NCBI GenBank assembly: GCA_965649055.1
Contig: CBFGJG010000030.1
Location: 1-25,503 of the forward strand
DNA from: a candidate division WOR-3 bacterium
Lineage (GTDB): Bacteria > Hydrothermota > UBA3072 > B12-G15
DNA: 25,503 nucleotides
Reading direction: 5' to 3'
Shown: positions 19,623-25,503 of the stretch, piece by piece
Layout: each line of letters begins with the position of its first letter
Numbering within the stretch: the first letter of the stretch is position 1
Notes under the pieces: generated by a model
The model's input: only the letters and a program-made list of their open reading frames with translations
Database searches by the model: none
What the model was told of the DNA's origin: nothing
Program-made: the position numbers and the translations under genes

Positions 19623-19635
19623 TAAAGGGGGGAAT

Positions 19636-20004
19636 ATGAAAAATGGTTTTTGTTTCTTATTTTTATTGTTATTTCTTATACCATTAAGAATATTTTCCAA
19701 TGATGAACCTTGTAAGGAAAAATTTTCTATTAATCTTTCCCAAATTATAGGTTCTTCACCGAATGAAATAGAGATTTATATTAAGAATGATAATTTTTCT
19801 AACGCTGATTCACTTTCACTTGGATGTTATGCCTGTATCTTCCTTGGATGTGATCTTCCAGCTTTTATCTCTATTATTCCTGTGTTAAGAGGAGATGACA
19901 AGGAATTTGCAAAATCATATATCATGGGTTATATTGCATATACTGCTGGTTTGTTGCTTGGGATGTATTTAGCTTATATATATAAGATGCCTAATGGTTA
20001 TTAG
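19636..20004 (+). CDS. small exported/membrane hypothetical protein (122 aa), probable paralog of the upstream gene
   Basis: G-rich SD (AAAGGGGGGA); signal-like N-terminus FLLLFLIPL; ACIFLGC motif; C-terminal TM helix. Confidence 0.7.
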   Translation: MKNGFCFLFLLLFLIPLRIFSNDEPCKEKFSINLSQIIGSSPNEIEIYIKNDNFSNADSLSLGCYACIFLGCDLPAFISIIPVLRGDDKEFAKSYIMGYIAYTAGLLLGMYLAYIYKMPNGY

Positions 20005-20051
20005 CGAATATTAGAATTATGAATAAAAATATTCGGGGAAAAATTTATAAA

Positions 20052-20076
20052 GTTGAAAGTTTATGACTGAACCTAA
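20052..20076 (+). repeat. dispersed 25-bp intergenic repeat, copy 3 (GTTGAAAGTTTATGACTGAACCTAA)
   Basis: 23/25 identical to 3932-3956, same orientation. Confidence 0.85.
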
Positions 20077-20086
20077 AAAATTTTTA

Positions 20087-20115
20087 TTGACAAATATAAA
20101 AAAATTTTTTATAAA
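20087..20115 (+). promoter_or_regulatory. sigma70-type promoter of the kinase/regulator pair, probably leaderless
   Basis: TTGACA (20087-20092), 17 bp, TATAAA (20110-20115); ATG 20121 is 5 nt later; no SD. Confidence 0.62.
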
Positions 20116-20120
20116 AAAGT

Positions 20121-22394
20121 ATGGTGATTTTTTTCTTTGTATGTTTTTTCAATATTCATACAAGGAAGACACTTATAAAAACTTTTTATACTAAATCTAT
20201 TGAAGTTAATATTGATTTTTATGATGAATCCAACGAAGCCCGTATTTTTGAATGTTATGATAATAGATGTCATATTAAAGACATTTATGGTGTTTTTATC
20301 CGTCAGGTTAATTTTCCATCGGATATTGACAGATTAATTTTGCTTGGTAGTTTTGATATAGACGGCTTACCACCACTTGACCTTATTTTCCTTGCAAGGA
20401 AAGGCGATTCGTTATTCATTGAGATTTTAGCAGGAGATAAGATAAAAGAGCACAAGATAATAGTCGGAAAAGATATAAGTAAAGTGTCAAAGGGATTTGA
20501 TGGATGGGTTTATATCAGTAGCATTGTAAAAAGTGATATAAACAATGATGGGTATAAAGACCTAATAATAGGTATAAATAGTGGTTTTGATCTTTATCCA
20601 AGAGGGATATTTGTTTTTGATATAAAGAATGAAAGAGAGTTATTCCACAGATGGGTTAGTGGTTGTCCAGTACATATATTTGTTGATGATATTAATAATG
20701 ATGGAGAAAAAGAGATATTATTCGGGACATTTGCACCTTGTAATGGTGCAGTTGTGGATGGGATTGATGATTTCAGTTCATATCTTTATATCTTGGACAA
20801 TAAAGGTAATATAATTCTTTCAAGGAGGGTAGGTGATTACTCAACAGATGTTCTTTTAGGTATAATTGAAAAGAATGGTTTGAAAAAGATAGTTGTGTGT
20901 GAAACAGAAGGGCTTGATGAGACAAAGGAACCAAATACTTTATTCATTCTTGACCCATTAAAGAATGAGATAGAGAAATATATTTATACAGGTGATAAAC
21001 ACTTTGGATTAGTTGTTGAAGACATAGATAGGGATAACAGGAAGGAGATAATAACAGGGAATAAAGATGGTATAATAAGGGTTTTTGATGAAGACTTGAA
21101 TTTAATAAAATCGAGGAAGTTTAATACTACTATAGAAGTTAATGGTGCAGAAGACCTTGATTGTGATGGTAGGATAGAGGTTATCGCATTTGGTTTTGAT
21201 AATAGATTAATCATTCTTGATGAAGACCTGAAAACGATATGCGAGAGTAAGGAAGTGGATAAGAAGATTGTTAATTTATTATTTTTGAAAAAAGGTAAAG
21301 AGAAAGGTGTTTTTATTAATAATTATATTTATGGTACTTCCATTTTTTTTCTCAAAGAGGAGTTATCTTTATTTAATATAGTTAATATAACTTCTTATGT
21401 TTTTTTAATGATTATTTTCTTTTTAGCAATCTATCTTATAATAAATTTTGGTATAAGGATAAGAAGGGTTCGGATGATACTTGATTCATCACCAGATGGT
21501 GTGGTTATAATTAACAGGTTTGGTAAGATAGTGTATAAGAATAAAAAGATAAAGGGTTTTGATGAAGAAGAATTAAGGAAGATATTATTGTTAATAAAAG
21601 AAGAAAAGAAAGAATTGGAGATAGAAGGTAAGAGATTACTTATAACTATGATAAATCTTAAAGGTGAGAAGATATTCACTATAACAGATATAACAGACAG
21701 GTATTATTCAGGTTCAGTTCTTTTATGGTCAGGAATAGCACAGAGGCTTGCACATGAGATAAAGAACCCATTATCTATATTATCACTCACATTGCAGAGG
21801 ATAGGAGAAGTATGTAAATGTAAAGATGAAAAGAAGATAAGAGAATATGTAGAATCATCTTTTGAAGAGATAGAGAGATTAAAAGATGTAACTGATAAGT
21901 TTATGAAGGTTCTTTCAATAGATAAACCAATAAGGGAGGAAGAGGATATAAATGAGATATTAGAAACAACTTTAAAAACATTTAATAAGACAATCTCAAA
22001 GGATTTAAAGATAGATAGAAAATATAAAGACAATCTGCCAAAGATTTATTGTGATAAGTATCAGTTGATTATAGCATTTTCGAACATAATAGATAATGCA
22101 ATAAAGTCAATGAAAGGGAAAGGTAAATTGAGTATAGAGACAGGATATATTGAGAAGATAATTGATAATAAGGTAAAAGGGTTTATAGAGGTTATGATAC
22201 AGGATACGGGTATAGGTATGGATAAAGAGGAGCTAAAGGAATTATTCAGGACTTTCAGGACAAATAGGGAAGATGGAACTGGGATAGGTCTTATAATAAC
22301 GAAGAGGATAATAGATGAGCATAAGGGAGAGATAGAATTTGAGAGTAAGGTAGGTGTAGGGACGATAGTCAGGGTAATTTTACCTACGAGTTGA
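20121..22394 (+). CDS. sensor histidine kinase with extracytoplasmic FG-GAP/VCBS-repeat domain, TM helix, PAS-like, HisKA and HATPase domains
   Basis: Ca-binding-type loops DINNDGYKD, DINNDGEKE, DIDRDNRKE, DLDCDGRIE; TM at YVFLMIIFFLAIYLII; ILDSSPDGVVIIN (PAS-like); H-box AHEIKNPL; NIIDNA, DTGIG, GTGIGL. Confidence 0.9.
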   Translation: MVIFFFVCFFNIHTRKTLIKTFYTKSIEVNIDFYDESNEARIFECYDNRCHIKDIYGVFIRQVNFPSDIDRLILLGSFDIDGLPPLDLIFLARKGDSLFIEILAGDKIKEHKIIVGKDISKVSKGFDGWVYISSIVKSDINNDGYKDLIIGINSGFDLYPRGIFVFDIKNERELFHRWVSGCPVHIFVDDINNDGEKEILFGTFAPCNGAVVDGIDDFSSYLYILDNKGNIILSRRVGDYSTDVLLGIIEKNGLKKIVVCETEGLDETKEPNTLFILDPLKNEIEKYIYTGDKHFGLVVEDIDRDNRKEIITGNKDGIIRVFDEDLNLIKSRKFNTTIEVNGAEDLDCDGRIEVIAFGFDNRLIILDEDLKTICESKEVDKKIVNLLFLKKGKEKGVFINNYIYGTSIFFLKEELSLFNIVNITSYVFLMIIFFLAIYLIINFGIRIRRVRMILDSSPDGVVIINRFGKIVYKNKKIKGFDEEELRKILLLIKEEKKELEIEGKRLLITMINLKGEKIFTITDITDRYYSGSVLLWSGIAQRLAHEIKNPLSILSLTLQRIGEVCKCKDEKKIREYVESSFEEIERLKDVTDKFMKVLSIDKPIREEEDINEILETTLKTFNKTISKDLKIDRKYKDNLPKIYCDKYQLIIAFSNIIDNAIKSMKGKGKLSIETGYIEKIIDNKVKGFIEVMIQDTGIGMDKEELKELFRTFRTNREDGTGIGLIITKRIIDEHKGEIEFESKVGVGTIVRVILPTS

Positions 22395-22401
22395 GGTTTA
22401 A

Positions 22402-23742
22402 ATGGTGAGGAAAGAGAAGATTTTAATAATAGATGATGAAGAGAAGATGTGCAGGTTATTAAAGGATATATTAGAAGTTGAGAAGTTTAATGTAGAGTAT
22501 GCACTTAATGGTAGTGATGGGATAGAGAGGTTAAAAAAAGAAGATTTTGATTTATTAATTCTTGATTTAAGATTACCTGATATGGATGGAATAAGTTTAT
22601 TAAAGAAGATAAGGGATAAAGGAATCCCTGTTATTATGATATCAGCATATGGTAATATACCTATGGTAGTCGAGGCAATGAAATATGGTGCAGAAGATTT
22701 CATAGAGAAGCCATTTGAGAAGGATAGGATAATAATAACAATAAAGAATGTGTTAAATAGGAAGAGGATAGAAGAAGAGAGGGATAGTTTAAAGAAAGAA
22801 GCACTTGAGAGGTTTAAGATAATTGGGGTATCTGATGAAATAATGCGAATAAAAGAATTGATAAAGAAATGTGCTAAGAATGATTATAATGTTTTAATAA
22901 CAGGGGAAACGGGGACAGGGAAGGAACTTGTTGCGAGGAACATACATTATTTGAGTGAGAGGTCAAAAGGAAATTTTGTTAAGGTTAATTGTTCAGCAAT
23001 ACCTGATACATTGATAGAGAGTGAGTTGTTTGGATATGAGAAGGGGGCATTTACAGGAGCATATAATACGAAGAAGGGATATTTTGAATTAGCGAATAAT
23101 GGCACATTATTTCTTGATGAGATAGGTGATATGCCTTTGAATGCACAGGCGAAGATTTTATCAGCGATAGAAGAGAAGGAGATATTTCATATAGGCGGGA
23201 CAACACCGATAGGTGTGAATACAAGGATAATATCAGCAACGAATCAGGATTTAGATAGACTTATAAAAGATAAGAAGTTCAGGGAAGACCTTTATTACAG
23301 GCTGAATGTGTTTTATATACATATACCGGCATTAAGGGAAAGGAAGGAAGATATACCTGTTCTTGCACAATATTTTCTTGATATGGCTTGTGTTGAAGTT
23401 AATACAGAATTCAAACATATAAGGAAGGACGGGATGGAATATCTTAAGACACTTGAATGGAAGGGAAATGTTAGGGAGTTAAAACACATAATGGAGAAGG
23501 CAGCAATAATTATAGAGGATACGGAGATAACTAAAGATGCCCTTATGGATATTTTTATCTCAGAAAATAATACATTGAATAGAAGTGTAAAATGCGAGAA
23601 AGAAGAGATAATAGAGGCACTTGAGAAGTCAAGATGGAAGATAGATAAGGCATCAAAGATTCTTGGAATCCATAGGTCAACATTGTTCAGGAAGATGAAA
23701 AAATACGGGATAAATTTTGAAGGGGAAAATGAGCAGGAATAA
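22402..23742 (+). CDS. NtrC/AtoC-family sigma-54-dependent response regulator (REC-AAA-Fis HTH)
   Basis: Receiver domain (IDDEE, LDLRLPDMDG, KP), GETGTGKE, ESELFGYEKGAFTGA, FLDEIG, FREDLYYRL, GNVREL, HTH LGIHRSTLFRKM. Confidence 0.95.
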   Translation: MVRKEKILIIDDEEKMCRLLKDILEVEKFNVEYALNGSDGIERLKKEDFDLLILDLRLPDMDGISLLKKIRDKGIPVIMISAYGNIPMVVEAMKYGAEDFIEKPFEKDRIIITIKNVLNRKRIEEERDSLKKEALERFKIIGVSDEIMRIKELIKKCAKNDYNVLITGETGTGKELVARNIHYLSERSKGNFVKVNCSAIPDTLIESELFGYEKGAFTGAYNTKKGYFELANNGTLFLDEIGDMPLNAQAKILSAIEEKEIFHIGGTTPIGVNTRIISATNQDLDRLIKDKKFREDLYYRLNVFYIHIPALRERKEDIPVLAQYFLDMACVEVNTEFKHIRKDGMEYLKTLEWKGNVRELKHIMEKAAIIIEDTEITKDALMDIFISENNTLNRSVKCEKEEIIEALEKSRWKIDKASKILGIHRSTLFRKMKKYGINFEGENEQE

Positions 23743-23772
23743 AATGTTGCAAAGCAACATTATGTTGCAAAG
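23743..23772 (+). promoter_or_regulatory. palindromic/tandem upstream activator sequence (putative binding site of the sigma-54 activator)
   Basis: AATGTTGC-AAA-GCAACATT inverted repeat (23743-23761), immediately followed by a second ATGTTGCAAAG (23762-23772). Confidence 0.6.
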
Positions 23773-23815
23773 AGAATTCGGGAATCAGTAATCATAAAAT
23801 CTTTAGTGTTTTAAA

Positions 23816-23828
23816 AATCAATTAATTA
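23816..23828 (+). promoter_or_regulatory. putative IHF binding site
   Basis: AATCAATTAATTA exactly matches WATCAANNNNTTR and lies between the palindrome and the next gene. Confidence 0.5.
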
Positions 23829-23893
23829 AAAATCTTTTAAATTCAGGAATAAAATTTTTTTATATGTAAACAAAAATAAAAAAGGAGGATTTT

Positions 23894-25503
23894 ATGAAAA
23901 AGTGTTTATTGTTGGTCGTTTTAATTTTGATTTTAATAGAAATATCTTCCTGTAAAAAGGAACAATTTGAAGAAGAAAAGACAATAATTATATCTCCTAA
24001 TGGAAACAATGTTGAATTTTCAGATGGTAGTTATATAAATATTCCGCCCAATACAATAAAATCGGGAACTGAGGTTGTGATAACTAAAAAAGATTTATCT
24101 GATTTAAAGATACCGGGAAATACAGTTCAATCTTCTTCTATTTTTACAATGAAATTTGATTTTGATGCTGTGGTGATGGACTCAATTAAAAAGAAAGGTT
24201 TATTGGATTCTATACCATCTGATACTATATCAATTATTACATCAATAGAAGATAAAGAGAATCTTTGCACAAGGCTTGTTGTAATAACTTCAAATGATAC
24301 ATTTTTCTTTTATCAAAATGTTTTTGATACAGTGAACCTAAAAAAGATGTGTTCCTTCTCTTTGGGTTTATTAAAAAACATATATCTAAAAGATATCTCA
24401 GGCGATGTGAGATTTGAATTTACAGTATTAAGTTTTAAAGATGACTATGGAAGTAATGACAAAGGAACTATTGGAACTTTATATAGGATAACTTCCGTTG
24501 ATACATCAGGATATATAGAGATTTCAACACCTGTTTCGCTTAATGGTAAGATACCACTTATACTTGTTCATGGCTGGACATTTTATAGTAATTTTGAATA
24601 TATAGTTGCAAGAAAAAAATGCATATATGATAATTGGAATAATTTTATTGAACATTTTCTAAATAGTAATGATTTAAATCAGAAATATATGCTTTTTGCA
24701 TATAGATACAACAGAGATGTTCCAATAGACATTTCAGCAGAAGCCTTGAAAGATTTGGTAAATCAGGTTTTCCCTAATGATTCCATCGTTATTATAGCAC
24801 ATTCAATGGGTGGCTTAGTTTCAAGGGCATATATTGTGAGTAGAGGTGGTTATTCAAAGGTAAAAAGACTTATAACACTTGCAACACCTCATCATGGAAG
24901 TCCTTTTGCAAATATAGCAGTAGATTGTTTTTGGGTGTTTAACATTTATCCTTTACTTTTAAAACCTTCCTCATTTGATTTAAGATGGGATAATTTTGAT
25001 TTTGTTATTTCAATTCCAAATAATTTTTATCTTTCATTAATGAATTCATATGACAATTACACATCAAAATATAAATTGTTTTTAGGTTATATTACTTCTA
25101 ATGATGAACATAATTTAGGATATATTTTAGGTAAAAATTATTTAAAAGTAGTTTTTAATTATAGTTCTGATGGTGTTGTTCCTTTTGTAAGTGGTTCTTG
25201 GGAAGGTCACCAAGGTAATTTTGATGGTGATGCTATAACATTTTTAGATTATGATCATTCTCAGATGGTTCATGATAAGCCCAATGGTATGCTTTTTACG
25301 ACTATAAAAGATTATCTTTTAAGTATAACTGGTTCTACAAATAACCCACCCAATACACCATCGACTCCAACAGGACCTACGAGTGGATATGTGAATACAT
25401 CATATGATTTTTCTACGTCAGCAACAGATCCTAATGGGGACAATGTAGCGATAATGTTTGATTGGGGAGATGGGACGACATCATCATGGAGTTCATATGT
25501 ATC
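23894..25503 (+). CDS. lipoprotein with alpha/beta hydrolase (PGAP1/DUF676 lipase-like) domain and PKD domain; 3' end outside the window
   Basis: Not in the ORF track because no stop occurs in the window. SD AAGGAGG, ATG 23894, MKKCLLLVVLILILIEISSC lipobox; ILVHGW (~24560), AHSMGG (24797-24814), TLATPHHGSP, SDGVV (25166), DH (25253); then NNPPNTPSTPTGP...TSATDPNGD...FDWGDG (PKD-type). Confidence 0.88.
   Translation, partial: MKKCLLLVVLILILIEISSCKKEQFEEEKTIIISPNGNNVEFSDGSYINIPPNTIKSGTEVVITKKDLSDLKIPGNTVQSSSIFTMKFDFDAVVMDSIKKKGLLDSIPSDTISIITSIEDKENLCTRLVVITSNDTFFFYQNVFDTVNLKKMCSFSLGLLKNIYLKDISGDVRFEFTVLSFKDDYGSNDKGTIGTLYRITSVDTSGYIEISTPVSLNGKIPLILVHGWTFYSNFEYIVARKKCIYDNWNNFIEHFLNSNDLNQKYMLFAYRYNRDVPIDISAEALKDLVNQVFPNDSIVIIAHSMGGLVSRAYIVSRGGYSKVKRLITLATPHHGSPFANIAVDCFWVFNIYPLLLKPSSFDLRWDNFDFVISIPNNFYLSLMNSYDNYTSKYKLFLGYITSNDEHNLGYILGKNYLKVVFNYSSDGVVPFVSGSWEGHQGNFDGDAITFLDYDHSQMVHDKPNGMLFTTIKDYLLSITGSTNNPPNTPSTPTGPTSGYVNTSYDFSTSATDPNGDNVAIMFDWGDGTTSSWSSYV

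Noticed and set aside
3932..20076. GTTGAAAG-containing repeat as a CRISPR repeat or integron attC site
   Set aside because: The copies are 0.8-15 kb apart, with no spacer array and no cas genes. There is no RYYYAAC...GTTRRRY palindromic attC structure and no integrase in the window.
1441..23239. Numerous minus-strand ORFs (60-165 aa) and short alternative-frame plus-strand ORFs in the track (e.g. 1828-2301, 3076-3573, 14376-14873, 16825-17064, 17592-17846, 20629-20814)
   Set aside because: They lie within or almost wholly within well-supported genes, are mostly S/F/L/I-rich antisense shadows of K/E-rich coding DNA, and show no recognisable motifs.
23734..23750. CAGGAATAAAATGTTGC as a canonical sigma-54 promoter
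   Set aside because: Spacing is GG-N11-GC rather than the strict GG-N10-GC, and it overlaps the regulator stop and the palindrome.

Overview
AT-rich bacterial window with every supported complete gene on the + strand. The gene set (DUF2723, DUF4837, PKD lipoprotein, FG-GAP kinase) suggests an FCB-related or candidate-phylum organism such as WOR-3; that is inference only. From left to right: (1) the probable start of a divergent gene cut by the left edge; (2) an Mre11/SbcD-like phosphoesterase plus a Rad50/SbcE(YhaN)-like ABC ATPase with a transmembrane hairpin at the coiled-coil apex; (3) a tightly coupled 11-gene run, tilS-ftsH-folE-folP-cdaA-DUF2723-DUF4837-moxR-cca-prfB (programmed +1 frameshift)-LPG synthase/flippase-like; (4) an APC permease fused to a PTS EIIA domain; (5) two small paralogous exported Cys-motif proteins between copies of a dispersed ~25-bp repeat, with a third copy at the sbcC/tilS junction; (6) an FG-GAP sensor kinase and a sigma-54 activator, followed by palindromic enhancer-like sites, a perfect IHF box and a lipoprotein with an alpha/beta hydrolase and a PKD domain running off the right edge. 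The most notable points are a FolE lacking its triphosphate-binding residues, the junction repeat bounding the small-protein pair, the membrane-anchored SbcCD-like pair, the FG-GAP/sigma-54/lipase module and apparently leaderless promoters.
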